Shown here one piece after another: positions 1-14,348 of a stretch of 64,000 nucleotides of DNA (the stretch's first letter is position 1; each line of letters opens with the position of its first letter). Source of the DNA: Gordius albopunctatus (Eukaryota); assembly GCA_964276515.1 (NCBI GenBank), contig OZ193909.1:16864001-16928000 (forward strand). Reading direction: 5' to 3'. The translations under genes and the position numbers were made by a program. The notes below the pieces were generated by a model. The model was given only the letters and a program-made list of their open reading frames with translations. It was not told the DNA's origin and ran no database searches.

Positions 1-538
1 GGGTTAAAATATTATATTTTAATTACAGCAAAGACTTTAAGACACTTATAAAAACATCGAAACATAATATATAATACATCCAATTTTTAGATTTAATTTT
101 TGACAAAATGCGTTGTAAAATTTCCAAATATGATTGTGAAAATTGCTATAAAAAACTTGTTTGGACATTTATTTCCCTTGAAAACACCAGACAGCCTCAG
201 GAATTAGATAACTAAGCGATTTAATCATTTATCTTATTTGTCTGAAAGTTTCTGCTAGAACCCATCACGGTTTGATAACTAAATTGCCTGCCAAGGCCAG
301 CCAGAACCCTTTAATTGTCCAATTCACTAATGCTGTCTGAACAGCCGGGCCCAAAATGACGATTTTCAATTTCAAGCATTAATTTTGTCTTCTTTTCAAA
401 AAATTTTGATCTGATTCTAGAATTTATATAAATATAGAGGTGACAAAAAATAGTATATTATATAAAAAATCGCACTATGGTGCTCACCCAGGCCTACTTA
501 AAAACCTATTTAGAACGGTAGTCTGACCGACCCCTTAC

Positions 539-710
539 TAGTGGTGGGAAAAAGTTAGGCGTGAGTCACGCCAAGGTCAGGTTAGAGGTTCCTTGAAAAC
601 CTCTAACCTTGAGGCAGGTTTTAGCGTTTCTAAAGAGGTCAAGGTTTTTTGGAAAGCCTAACCTAACCTCTTAGGTTGCGTCGGCAAAACCTGAGGTTTT
701 CCCATCACTA
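539..710. mobile_element. hAT-type MITE (TAGTGATGGGAAAA family)
   Basis: TIRs TAGTGGTGGGAAAA...TTTTCCCATCACTA; perfect 8-bp TSD CCCCTTAC (531-538, 711-718). Related ends at ~6553 and 59510-60750. Confidence 0.85.
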
Positions 711-2958
711 CCCCTTACCCTAGTGGGCCCAGCAGCGAGCCCGAATTTTTGGTTGTTTAATTTTTGCTTTTAATTACAAATAAAATGGAGGGAAATTTTT
801 TTGCCAGATTTCCCACCCCCCTTGTGAAAATCCTCGCTACGCGCCTGGCGTTTTATGATTCATTTTTTTTATTGGTTAAACATTTTTTTAAATACCCACT
901 CTTTTATTATCATTTTTACATCTATTTGGGGGCATTCAATTAAAAATCTAAAGATACTTCTTAGCATAGCTCATCTACTCAACTAATTTAGAAGAAAGGG
1001 GTTGTTATTATCTTCTAAATTATATCATTAACCTACAATTTATTTACTAATTTCTAATATACTCAACTAATATTTCACATATAAGCCCGATAAAAAGACT
1101 TATATTACCATCAGTTTTTTAATTGCAAGGTATTTCAGTATCGCACCATAATTTGTATTTTGACCAGAAACCCATTTTTTTATTTAGGTGCAGATGATTA
1201 TAAGATTATGAAATGGGAATTAAAGCCCCACAACAAATCACACGCTTATCTTGTAGTGAATCCAAATAACTATTCATCCAAAAGACATCATTCCACCTTT
1301 AATTATACAATTATTAATAATTATGGCTACTACAGGACGCACGAGGTTTATTTTTTTTATCATATAAGAATCTGCATAACATAACATTACATATTTAATA
1401 TTTTCATATTTTTAAGAACTCTGGACAAACTTTATTCAAAATTTAAAACTGCCTAGTGTGCTTTACATTTACTTGAATTTTAAAAAAGCATGTTTTGTAA
1501 TTGATTAATTGTATGAATTAGTTACGTGTAACCATCCCAAGCATGCAGACAGACTTTCTACTTGATTGGTTTTAATTTCGGTTGATACTTGACATACACT
1601 ATTATATCGGCTGTATACATGACAACAGAATAGGTTCAATTTCTCTATTTCCAATAATTTATAAATTAAAAGCTTTATTATTTCCCTCAAAGCCCACCTA
1701 AGCGTCTATGGTGTCCATTCAAATCCCTCCATTTATTAAGAGTTTTCCACTAAGCTTATTAGTACGAAAAAAATAATATTTTAAAAAATATGGAGTCTTG
1801 TTTTAACTATTGGCTCTAGTTTAAATCAATCTAATTCCACCCGGGGCCAATCTTTTTCCACCTCGAAATATTTACTTTCATAAACAAAGATGAACCTTTA
1901 TATACGTGTCCGCGAATTAAATAATAATAATTATAGCTACAATTAATGGGCATCTAAAAATAAATACCAGAATCCGATTGGTCTACTTTTTAAATAGAAT
2001 CTATTTTTTTATTTTAATACACAACTAAATCACCGAAATTCGCTCAAGCAAAATTTTACATTGATCACGATGTTCTATTTCATTGGGCAATGATGAACCG
2101 CTGATGAGTCTATAACCGTCATCAACAGGCATTTAGTTTTATTCACTATCATTAACTTGAAACACTATTAATTAAAATTTTTGCTTCTTTAAATCTTCCG
2201 CCAAATTCCTACTTTTTTTGGTCATTTTAACAATAATTTAAGACCTCAATATTTTTAGGCTAGTTAATAACTTTAGCCGCTACAATTTAATGCAATAAGA
2301 AGACCGTCTGTTCTAGAGATCTGACCGGGCAGGCCCGGCCGCGGATACGGACTGGCTTTTAATCATAAAAATTTGAATGGGCCGGGCCCGGACGGGCTTA
2401 ACAATCAATGGAACGGGCTCTGTCGGGCCTGAGATTTTTTAGCGGGCTTGAACGGGCCAGAGATTATATAAACGGCCATGGAATTATAAAGTTCCTTAAA
2501 AGTCGGACAATTCCATAAATATATGATTTTTATTAAATATATAGATTACTAATATCTCTATTTTTTTAAACTCAAATTTTTGTATATCCTGTAGCTTTCC
2601 TTCTTTTTCAAGCGCTAAATTTAACTTTAAAACATTTTTATTCTATCTGGTATCTGCTATGGTTTTTGTTTACATAATCTAAGATTATAGCTTCGTATAA
2701 TCTTTTATAAGTAAGTTCAATTTTAAAGTTTAATACTCTCGTGTAATTTTATTAAAGTTTTTTAATTAAATGGTATTACTGAATTCTAACTTCTTAGGTT
2801 TATTAACTTAAATTAATCAAATAAAAGTAAATTGTTGAAAGTGGAATATTCTCATGTAATATTTTATAGTAATCTAATGGTAGTAGGGGAGACCGGGGCC
2901 TAAATAGCCATAAAAAACTCTCTACTACTATTAATCATTTATTATTTTTATAAAGAGA

Positions 2959-3566
2959 CGTGGGCGTAGCCAGGTTTTGGATTAGGGGGGGAAGGGCAAA
3001 ACGTAAACTTTTTTTTAATTTTTAAGGGTTTTTGCATTGAAAATTTTTTTTCGCCATTTAGGCTGACCCCCCCCCCGGCCAGAGGTTTGAACACGCCAAA
3101 AATAAAATCGGGTTCGTGTTCGGTTTTGGCATAAATTTTGAAATCGGGTTCGTGTTTGGGTTTAAGGAATTGGGTTCGGGTTCAAGAAATTATATTACAC
3201 TAATAATACATTTTTACCTTCAAAAAAATATTGAATAGTTAACTTAATTTTTAAATAGCACCTAATTAAATCAATTATATATATAATACTTACAAATAAT
3301 TCTTGAGATAATTAGTATTGATTAATGAATGAAAAATGGCGGAAACATAAAAATATTGAAATTAAAATCGTATGCTTTTCGTTACATTGTCATGATAGAG
3401 AAAACTGAGATATTCAATTCACAGTATATTTTTGAATTAAAAATCGGGTTTTAAGGCTATTTTTAAAAATGGGTTCGGGTTCGGGTTCTGTTATACATTG
3501 GGTTTTACCCGGTTCGGGTTCAGGGATTCGGGTTCGGGACAAATCCCCCCCCTGGCTTCGCCCATG
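2959..3566. mobile_element. CATGGGCGTAGCC-family MITE carrying a nested (GGGTTC)n-rich element
   Basis: Ends CGTGGGCGTAGCCAGG...CTGGCTTCGCCCATG; TSD TAAAGAGA on both sides; interior ~3079-3540 has repeated GGGTTCGGGTTC. Further copies at ~6201-6368, 11036-11201, 32589, 34970-35115, 35351-35521, ~41455-41630, ~55537-55702, ~61232-61375. Confidence 0.8.
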
Positions 3567-3915
3567 TAAAGAGAATTACATATTTTGTGAAGGTGAGAGA
3601 TAAATAAATGTAAAAATTAAGAAGCGTAAATATTGGGAAAACATTTTGCTATGGCTAATGAATTATATATACAGATAGTTATGCCGATGTTCTGTCGTAT
3701 TATAAAAAACGATTCGCGATTATCATGGGATAGTAATGAGATTTGTTTCCCTATTTTTGTTGAAAAGTTGTATGAAAATACCTGCCAGCGCCATTTATAT
3801 AAATATAAAACTGCTCATTAATCATTGAAAAATAACTTGAAGTCTAATAAATTAAATTAATTGTTACATGATTCTCTAATTCAGTTAGTATCCGGCATAG
3901 GGTTAAAATCATAAA

Positions 3916-5875
3916 TAAAATTTATTATAATCGCGCAATTAAATGAAAGGTTTTTATGGTTTTACTAAGATTTTAACTTTTAAAGTATAGAAAATAACGG
4001 ATTTTTCGCTAATCTTCGCGGTCTCCATGCAATAAATATTTAAAATGAAAAATATTTTGATTTATTTTAGGACTACAATACACTTATCCCTTTGCCAGAT
4101 TACCACGAATTTTACAGCATTGACTTTACCAGCACTCAGTATCCCGTTCACCACCAAAACCTGCTATTATTTCGACCAAGTATGACTAAAATGATATAAT
4201 CAAAATAAAAATTGATACTACCGTGGCCTATGTATTGACCCTTGTTGTTAAATAACAAAACAAAAAACTTTGGATCTTTCCTGATTGGTTGCAAACCTTA
4301 AAATATTTATATCCCTGATAATTTTAGAAAGTAAAAGGTCTTTTTACAATGAAAATACAATTTAAACTCATCTACTAGATATTTTATAGTTTTAATAAAG
4401 GATGTCGTATTTTTAAGTCATCGAAATTTTAAAACAATCTAAGCCATATTAGTGTTGTTGATGTTTTAATGTTAAAAGTCTAAAAAAGTCTTTACAACTA
4501 AGTCTAATCAAATGTTAGTAAACAATTTAATCATAAACCCTTGCATTCTTAGTTATAAATAATAATAAGTACATTTTACACCTCAACAAATTTCCCTGTA
4601 TATAAGATGAGTTATGCTGTTTTATAGTAAGGACGGAGATATTTCAATAAAAAATGCTGAGTAGATTTTTAGTTACATATTTGGTTTTATTAGATAAAAG
4701 TGTTGTTGCCGATGCCTTAATTAATACCTACGTCTCAGCCAAGGAGGAATTTATGCTAGTTTCCGAATATATGGTGGATCATAGCAAACAATTTGNNNNN
4801 NNNNNNNNNNNNNNNNNNNNNNNNNNNNNNNNNNNNNNNNNNNNNNNNNNNNNNNNNNNNNNNNNNNNNNNNNNNNNNNNNNNNNNNNNNNNNNNNNNNN
4901 NNNNNNNNNNNNNNNNNNNNNNNNNNNNNNNNNNNNNNNNNNNNNNNNNNNNNNNNNNNNNNNNNNNNNNNNNNNNNNNNNNNNNNNNNNNNNNNTAAAA
5001 TTTATTATAATCGCGCAATTAAATGAAAGGTTTTTATGGTTTTACTAAGATTTTAACTTTTAAAGTATAGAAAATAACGGATTTTTCGCTAATCTTCGCG
5101 GTCTCCATGCAATAAATATTTAAAATGAAAAATATTTTGATTTATTTTAGGACTACAATACACTTATCCCTTTGCCAGATTACCACGAATTTTACAGCAT
5201 TGACTTTACCAGCACTCAGTATCCCGTTCACCACCAAAACCTGCTATTATTTCGACCAAGTATGACTAAAATGATATAATCAAAATAAAAATTGATACTA
5301 CCGTGGCCTATGTATTGACCCTTGTTGTTAAATAACAAAACAAAAAACTTTGGATCTTTCCTGATTGGTTGCAAACCTTAAAATATTTATATCCCTGATA
5401 ATTTTAGAAAGTAAAAGGTCTTTTTACAATGAAAATACAATTTAAACTCATCTACTAGATATTTTATAGTTTTAATAAAGGATGTCGTATTTTTAAGTCA
5501 TCGAAATTTTAAAACAATCTAAGCCATATTAGTGTTGTTGATGTTTTAATGTTAAAAGTCTAAAAAAGTCTTTACAACTAAGTCTAATCAAATGTTAGTA
5601 AACAATTTAATCATAAACCCTTGCATTCTTAGTTATAAATAATAATAAGTACATTTTACACCTCAACAAATTTCCCTGTATATAAGATGAGTTATGCTGT
5701 TTTATAGTAAGGACGGAGATATTTCAATAAAAAATGCTGAGTAGATTTTTAGTTACATATTTGGTTTTATTAGATAAAAGTGTTGTTGCCGATGCCTTAA
5801 TTAATACCTACGTCTCAGCCAAGGAGGAATTTATGCTAGTTTCCGAATATATGGTGGATCATAGCAAACAATTTG
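3916..5875. repeat. 880-bp exact duplication across a 200-N scaffold gap (probable assembly artefact)
   Basis: 3916-4795 matches 4996-5875 with no difference seen; Ns occupy 4796-4995. Confidence 0.9.
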
Positions 5876-8040
5876 TGCCAAGGAAGTACAAAACTTATAC
5901 AGATTCTATCGAATATTATATTGAAAGTTAAGGAGAATGCATATAATATGATTACATTAAATTATCCGTTGACTGTAGGCGATTTTCGATTTTTAAAATC
6001 AAATATTCATATTGATACTCTATAATAAATGTGGGTAAATAAAGCAAAAAAAAACAACAATGTTTAACTGCGAAGATATTTAACGCGGTCATTCACGGCC
6101 ACTATATGATTATGAGTATTGATTTCGTAGTTAGCCAAAATTTGAAAAGTATTTTAATTGTTATATAAATAAATGGGTTAAATTTATTATAGGATAGCTT
6201 CATGGGCGTAGCAGCCAGCATTGGAATTACAGGGAGGCAATAATAATTTAAGGAGGGGCAAAATGATCATTTTTTGAAATTTCGCCATATTTTAAATAAA
6301 TTTCAACATATTTTTGGATTTAGAGGGGGGCAGCCGCTTGTCCCTGACCCCCCCTGACTACGCCCATGAATAGTTTCATAAAAGATTTTAAGTCACCTAC
6401 AAACACTTGGAAAGATAATTTTCATTGTTTAAATAAAATTTTAGACAAAATCTTATCCCCCATCATTATAAGATTTTTGATTAAGATTGTGCAAATTGCT
6501 ATGAAAAGAAAGTTGATTCGGACATCCCCGTGAAAACACCAGACCCTCCCAATAGTGATGGGAAAAACCTAAGTTTTGCTAGCCTAACCTTATAGCATAG
6601 TTTCAGACTTGATTAAGTCTTTTTTAAAACTATTGGTTAGGTTTTTAAAAACCTTCAAAGTCTAATTGGCGCGCTAACCTATATAGATAGGCATTAAATA
6701 TCTCAAAATCAACCTAAAACCTTAGGTTAATATTTTAGAGAAACCTGAGAGCTAGTGGTGTTAAATTGCTTACTTGCTTCAACTCCACACGAGAGCACGC
6801 ATAATGCTCGCTCGTTAGCACAATGAGTGCTCATGCTCACTGTTCGGTGCACTAGGCAAAACAATAGCAATTAAAAATGCTCGAGAGGCGAGTCGAAGCA
6901 GCAAAATCTGTTGAAGCATTGAGCAGATTGCCCGAGCATTAAACTCGATCAGATAGCAGATTCAATAGAAGCAATTGCTATGAGTTAGTAACTTTAAATA
7001 TTTGCTCATATTATTATATATCATAAATAAATTAAGAACTTTGCCCCCTCCCTTTTTTGTCCCGTTGGTTTCCTTCCTATAGCCCCTTTTTTAACCCTCT
7101 TTTTCACCCGAGGGGGGGGGGTTTCTCCTTACCCTCTTTTTCACACGGGCCCCCCTTTTTTACCCTCTCCCGGTGAGTGATAGCTGATAGGGTAATAAGG
7201 GGAGGGGGCAAATAACCCCCCCTCGCTATAATAACCAAAATTCTGATTTACTGCTTTGTGAATTTCGTTTGCCATTTGTCTAGGTTGTTGCTTTATAATG
7301 GATGAATGCGAACTGGTTAAATGATTCTCCGCAAGACTATTGCTTACTTCTACTTTATCTGACCCCGGCCAAAGGCCAATATTCATTTTTATTTTTGTGC
7401 CTGCAGGTTTTGGCATTTATGGTTTCTTAGCTTCAAATATGAAAAAAATAAATTTCGTGGTTGAAATCAAATAACAATGGCCGCTGGCTGATTTTAACTT
7501 TTTTAGACCTCGCCCGAGCCCAAGATCCATTATTGTTTATGGGCTCGACTTACCTTTACATATAAATTTTATTTAGCAATTTGTTTAGGTTGTGCCTTTA
7601 TAACGGATGAATGCGGAATTGGCTATATAATTCCCTGCAAATTAATGCTGAGTTGCTTTCTTTAATTGCTATTAATTTTGTTTCTTATTTTCGTTAATCT
7701 TTTTTTCATTTCTTTCTTCTGATCCCGGCTCGGAGCCAAACTTTATTGACTACCCAATTTTTTGGTCGGTTTATATTTATTTTTAATTACAAATAAAATA
7801 GGTTTAAAATTATTCTGGCAACTTCCCGGCCCCCCCCCCCCACCTTGAGAAAATCCTGGCTTCGCGCCTGGTCCTTGATTATTATAAGAAGCTTTAATAA
7901 TAGGTATTTTTAATGTGAAAACGTAAGGAGTTCACGATTATAGTAGCGATAAAAATTTTTAGAACCTTAAAAATAAATTTTTATATTATTTTATTTAGGG
8001 GTAGCCCTATAATATCTCATACCGTTTGGTGTGCCTTAAC

Positions 8041-8466
8041 CATAGACTAGATAGACTGCTCATGCCATATGTTGCATATGGTTAATTGCGTGTCAAATTT
8101 TCCTCCATTTTGAAGAGGACAACTGGTGTATTTTAACCATGTAATTTTGCCCTATAACAGTCAATTTACCTTCCTCACTAGTTTATAAATTAAAATCAAT
8201 AAATTAATATTATACAAAATAGCAATTAATATTGATGGCGCTATATTAATAAACAAACTTTAATCGAATTTTTTACATTTTTAATTATGATGTTATTAAT
8301 ATCTACCCAATTCAATATTTTTTTATTTACCTTTTTAAGATGATTTAATTTGCGAAAATTACGAATTTCTATATGATCACCAGTCACCACTTTACAATGT
8401 GCCTTTCAAGATGGAGGAAAAAGGGTACACATTTTGTGCGTTGATGAGCAGTCTATCTAGTCTATG
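8041..8466. mobile_element. hAT-type MITE
   Basis: 22-bp TIR CATAGACTAGATAGACTGCTCA; TSD GCCTTAAC on both sides. A truncated second copy starts at 30887. Confidence 0.9.
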
Positions 8467-9016
8467 GCCTTAACTTAACTCATAAAACCCTTTGCAATAG
8501 CATTGACAAAATCTTATATCCACAATTTCTAAATTTCTCCAAATTAATTATTGTCTTTATACGGTTGTAGTAGATTTTTTAGATTGTGACCCATTATTGT
8601 AATTCTAAATTTTAAAGATTATGCATTGATTTGAAATTCTAAAGTGCATTTGTTTGTAACATTAAATATAATTTTGTTTTGGGTATGGCTATCTACATCT
8701 AAGTGTAACCGTTTAAGTGACAAGCCTCAATCTCGTCTCGACAAAAATTCGTCACCACTTCAAAAAAATTACTTCAACAAATAAATTTGCCCCTCCACTA
8801 TTTGAATTAGGTATTATTTAAATGACAAATTAAAAGAAAACAAAAATGACAAAGGTTTTATTTAAAAAACAAACTTGATCATTACTTTAACCGACAATAT
8901 AAGGATATTTTTCATAGACAAAGATAGTTATTAATAGTTAAATTAAAAACTCGGGCCTTCGGCCCTCGTGGGAAGGGGGAACGAAACTCATCTATACTCC
9001 GTATAAACGAAGCATA

Positions 9017-10153
9017 TTTGCTATGCAATTTATGGGCGAGAAAGGTCGGAAGAGGCAGAAATGCCTATAGAGGGGTATTAAATGCAAAATGATTGGTTAA
9101 TTATTTATGCAAATTTTCCATTTAATTAAAAAAATTGCCCTCGCCGGGATTCGAACCCACATTAAATAGAGGCATAAGCCTTTGTAGCACAGGGACCCAT
9201 ATCAATAGAGGCATAGACCCTTGTAGGGGAGTGCATAGGGAAATTATCAATGTTAACCTATTCAAAAACGAAAAACGAAAAATTTGGATTTATTTAGCTA
9301 ATGGTCATTTTTCATTAGTCAGTAGCCTGCGGACGGTCAAAAAGTCATATTATCCATGGTATTAACAAGTACATAATATGAATTTAATTTTAAAAAAAAT
9401 AAAAAAATTTTGTCCTCTCCAGGTCTCGATCCTAAACCTGCAAGTCAGTAAGCTGTTCGCTATAACCACTCATACCATGCTGGTATTAAAATTGTAGAAT
9501 TTTTTATGTTATTTATATAGATAATGAAATAATAAAATTGTTTTTTATATTTATTATATAATAAAATGAAACAATAATAGAAAATCAATATATTATAGAT
9601 AATTTAACAAAAATTGAGGGATTCAAATCTTTAACGAATTTTGGGTGAACCGCAAATTTTTTGTCTAAAAACATTTTGGTGACCCAAGCAATTGTATTAG
9701 ATGCTTCGTAATCTTTCAAATCCTTAAAATCTTGATGCATCTCTGGGGGGGGGATGTCGACGTTTCAGATCATTACAACGGTCTATAAATACATACGAGT
9801 CAAAAAAAACGAAAATTGGCCAATGGTCATTTTTTTCCATTGGTCAGTACCCAGAGATGGTCTATAAATACATAAGAGTCAAAAAAAACATAAAAAAATT
9901 TCAATCACAATTTGGCCAATGGTCATTTTTTTCATTGGCAAGTAGCAAGCGGAAGGTCAAAAAGTCCTAGTATCAATGGTATTAACAAGAACAATAAATA
10001 TTAAAAAAATTGCATAGCAATTAATTTAATTAAAAAAATTTTTTGTCCTCTCCGGGTCTCGATCCCCAACCTTGCAAGTCGGGAAGCTGGTGTAAATAAC
10101 TTGGTGGACGACGGACGGACAACAAAAAACGAGCCCATAAATTGCATAGCAAT
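9017..10153. mobile_element. Non-autonomous element bounded by inverted TTGCTATGCAATTTATGGGC motifs and containing tRNA-like heads
   Basis: TTGCTATGCAATTTATGGGC (~9019) is inverted at GCCCATAAATTGCATAGCAA (~10133-10152). Internal repeats of TGGCCAATGGTCATTTTTT. Minus-strand tRNA-like segments at ~9136-9160, 9411-9480 and ~10044-10090. Confidence 0.55.
9411..9480 (-). pseudogene. tRNA-derived (SINE-head-like) sequence
   Basis: Minus strand ATGGTATGAGTGGTTATAGCG...AGGATCGAGACCTGGAGAGGACA has A-box-like and B-box-like motifs at tRNA spacing; no convincing cloverleaf. Confidence 0.45.
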
Positions 10154-11416
10154 TAATAAATATAGCAGTTTCTATAATATCAAATTATTAAATTTATATG
10201 TTTCTGCTAAATAGAAACTGACATATTAACCTGTAAGTTTACATATATATTATAGTCAGTTACATATTTGAGCTAGCTGACCTTTAATATTGGCGGATGA
10301 TAAAAGTAAGGCTTTGATGTAATATTTCAAGGCAAGAGTTTCAGGCCTTTGTGATAACCACCATCAATTATAGCCTAACATATCTATGAATAACATTAAC
10401 AATTCCCGAAAATATATCTATGAAGAACATTAATTATGAGGGTAAAAATCTTTTTAAATATTTATTGCATGTTTATTATAACGTTATAAAAATCACATAG
10501 GTGTCACAGGATATTTTTATCATCATTTATAGCATATTTAATTGGCTAAATATTTAAACGTTCTAAAATCAAAGGTTATAACAGACATAGGAACACCAGA
10601 GTGTTGAGATTTTTATTAAATTGCAGTTATTTTATAACAAAAACGTTTATAGTTAAAACCATTTTATAATCCAAAATATTTACTTAATCCATTTTAAATA
10701 TTTTTCAATAAAATTAACCAGGTCTGGTATAAAAAATAAAGAAAGTCATTATAAATAAGTAACTTGGTCAGTTACGTTGCACAACTATATAATATAAACT
10801 TTAGATCTAAAATATTTCTTTTCCATAAAAATTCCACCCCCTTATGTACGGCACTGCAATAACATTTGTTAATAAATCTTATGCGCATATTTGCCACTTT
10901 TAAGGAAAATGCATTTTCAATATTTTAAAAGGTAATGTAGAAGGCTTAATGAATGTCATGATGTGATTTTTCGTTCGACTATTTTACTTGTCTATTCATG
11001 ATTTAATTTTTTAGGTTTTTGTATAGTAGAACAATCATGGGCGTAGCCAGGTTTTGGATTAGGTGGGGGGGGGGGCAAAACGTTTAAAAGTTTGATTAGG
11101 GAGGAGAAAAACATAATTTTTTTAATTTTTAAGGCTTTTTGAATTGAAATTTTTTTCCATCTTTCCCCCGCCCCCATGTCCCCCTTCTGGATACGCCCAT
11201 GTTAGGCAGGTCAAGGTGTTGCTGGTCTGTCTAGAAAATCTCAAATCATTGCCCCCAAATTAAATATTTTGCTTAATTCGGGATAAATTTAAAATTCAGG
11301 ATTTAAAATGTGTTAGTTATATACTATTTCATCTAAACTCATTTAGTACTTTTATGATAAAATAATGTTGTGGATATAAATATATGATAAATACATTATT
11401 TAATAGAGCCAAGGCC

Positions 11417-12857
11417 TAGTGATGCGGAAAAACCGAGAAAAATCTCGGTGAGACGAGAATTCAAAAGATGGAGTCGAGATCGAGACGAGAATTTTGATGT
11501 CGAGACGAGATTTTATCGGCGAGATCTCGACTTTTTTATCGTTATATTTTAGTAAATTATTGTTTATTTTAATTTGCATGATTTACATTTAAGGTATTAA
11601 GTGTAAATCAATACGTATGGAATATATTTGACATTAAAAAAATTCCTGTAAATATTATATTTTTTGCAGGATTTACCTAAGTATGGTTGACCCTTAGGGT
11701 ATGTGAATAATTTTATAATATCTTTATCACATGATTAAATGCATAGCATTACTAAATATTACAAAATTATAGGCTTAGAATGAGTTCTGATTGAATAGTA
11801 AATATATAAACAAAGAATATTTATATTTCGCAGTTATTCATCCTGCATAATGCGGTAATTATAAATTGGCGGTCAATCAGCTTGAATAATTAAACTAGTT
11901 AAGCTAAGGTGACTCGAAATTTTTTAGCACCCGCTTAACGATTTCAAAAGTACAATAGATTATTTAATGACACCGCAATAGATTAATTCTAAGCATGAGT
12001 TTTCTAGAAGTTTTATGCTTCAACTATATTCGATAAATATCTATTTAATGTCAAAGTTAGTTAGAATTGGAAGATAATTATTTGGAATATAAATTTGATT
12101 TTAATGATTTTTGGCATAAATTTAAATACGTGCAATTTAGAGTTTAAAACCTCATATTCCTAATCCTATAATAATGCTGCTTTTATTGTTGTTTCTATTC
12201 GTTTTTATATGTGCATCTAGTTATCAATTCTGTAAATAATAATATTATCCATTAAAAGTCACTCGCACATTGTGGTTTATAACGCTATAGTAAACATGCA
12301 ATGAACACTATGGGCTATAATTAATAATGGTACTAATGGACTTCAATGTTTGCCTTAAGTATGTTAAGGTCTACTTTGAAGCTTTAGCCAGGGTTAATAA
12401 AGGGTCTCAATTTGCTAAATTGTGCAACTAAGTCAACTATAACCGAAATTTATTATTGTCTAAGTCTATATAGTTGACAAACACGGTGATTTGATACAAA
12501 CGTTATAATTTGCTAGAACAATAAAATTTAATTTTCTATACTTCAAATTTATTTATAGTATTTTAGTCTGCACTTTCCATAGAAAATGTTATTTTTTTGA
12601 ATGAATTCATATCTTTATATTGTCAATGAGATGTCGTGTCCCGCTAAATCTTTAAAAAGTTTGTGTATTAAAGTTTATCAAAAAATATAAAAATTTGAAA
12701 ACTTATTTAATATTTTTAATAAAACAGAGAAATTTTTATTCCGTATATATTTTTTTTAAAAAGTCGAGACGAGACGAGATTGAGATTTTCATAATCGCTG
12801 CCTAGACGAAACGAGATTTTGTTTACGAAACCGAGACGAGACGAGATCGAAACACTA
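11417..12857. mobile_element. Non-autonomous hAT element
   Basis: TAGTG...CACTA ends, subterminal CGAGA/GAGAC arrays, perfect TSD CCAAGGCC. A related end (TTTTCCGCATCACTA) lies at ~51216. Confidence 0.85.
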
Positions 12858-14348
12858 CCAAGGCCCTAGAAGCCAGTCCTGCTTTATTGAATAAGTTAAA
12901 TTAACTATTAGATGAATCGCACTTAAATAGATTTAATATTTAATTTACTTGAGCTTGCGATTTTTTAAAGCATATTATATAATAGATATGGACTTGAAAA
13001 GGTATGAGCTAAAGCAAAGCTGGTGTTAGGTATACCTGAAAAAACTATTTAGAAAAATATTTACTCTTAATATCCTAAATATTAAATGAAAATCTTCCTT
13101 GTTATTCAAAATCTAAAGCCGGAATTTCACTGCATATAGTCTGGTCTCAAGGTTTAAATTCTCTCTCAATTTTGGCTCGATTTTTAAAATTCTCGTCTCC
13201 TTTAATCCCTAAAAACTAAAACTTTAACGCAGTCGAGAATTCTTTGCACCACTAACAGGTATAGTTCTTAATTCAAATAAATTAATGTTCAACCCCACCC
13301 CCGTACCAAAAGGTACAAAGCGAGCTAGCCTTTTTTAATGCAACCTATATGGCTACGGCATATTTTTTTTTATCTAGCATTCTTAAACTTGCTCTTAACC
13401 AAGCTCACACACCCCTCGGTCAAATTGTTGGGACCCAGGTGATAGAGGGGCGCAGATTTACCGTACTAAATTCAAAGCACTTAAATCAAATTGCGAAATC
13501 CCATTGTCTTATTTCACATAGAGAACTTCTACTTTTTGCTAGTACACTTATGCACTATTGTCAAAATTTACTTAACAAGTAACCATCTACAGTGAGAAAC
13601 ACAGTCCGTTTTTAACTTTGAAAGATTATGAAGTCTCTTCTCCAATGACTCATGTCTCATGACAGGTCATCTTTTCAATATGGCAAGACATGAGTGGATT
13701 TAAGTTTGTACTCCCGAACCTATTTCTGTTTGTTGTCGACATTATTAATCATCATATTTACATATCTAAAATATGTATTAATGTCTGCCTTTTTTGCTAA
13801 TCAATTTTTGAAACAGTGAACTCTTAAAATTATTACTGTCTGTTTTTGAAAATGAACCACTAAAATCTTGTTTACAACTCCTGAGTAAGTTTTATGCAAA
13901 AGATCTATATAGGATGTCGGTTAAAATTATCATAAATAATAACGAGACACTGCTATATCGTCCTACATGTATATAGTTTTCATATTAACACCCTAAAGAT
14001 ACCTCACATCCAACTCTCGCCAAAAAATAATTTATTATAATAATGCAAGCCTTAGTAGCCAATAATTTTTAAACCTTCCATAGCTTTCAAAGTCCTATAA
14101 ATTGTTCGTCAAAATCAGAGGTAGTAATTTAAAACTTCCAATTTTGTCTTTCGCAATTTATCAATCACCCGTAAATATTTGTGCATAAAGATTTATAGTT
14201 TGGCGACTAGCAAACAAATTAATTTGGTAATTTATTATAATGCTATTTATTAGTACTACACGTAATACTTTTACTAAATAACACTGAGCGCTTTACTATT
14301 GTATAATAAAATAATTTAAATTTATTTAGTCATAATATCAGATTATTA

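Larger units (their letters stand above)
1188..5931 (+). other. Putative 3' exons of an unidentified gene or pseudogene
   Basis: Candidate exons tttag|1188-1344|gt (GADDYK...YYRTHE) and tttag|4071-4179|gtatga (copy at 5151-5259; DYNTLIPLPDYHEFY...) join in phase. Splicing on to tatag|5708 gives IRTEIFQ*KMLSRFLV... with an in-frame stop. No family recognised. Confidence 0.3.

Noticed and set aside
9135..9365. 76-aa ORF or functional tRNA gene
   Set aside because: Only a B-box and 3' half on the minus strand inside a repeat; no cloverleaf and no coding evidence.
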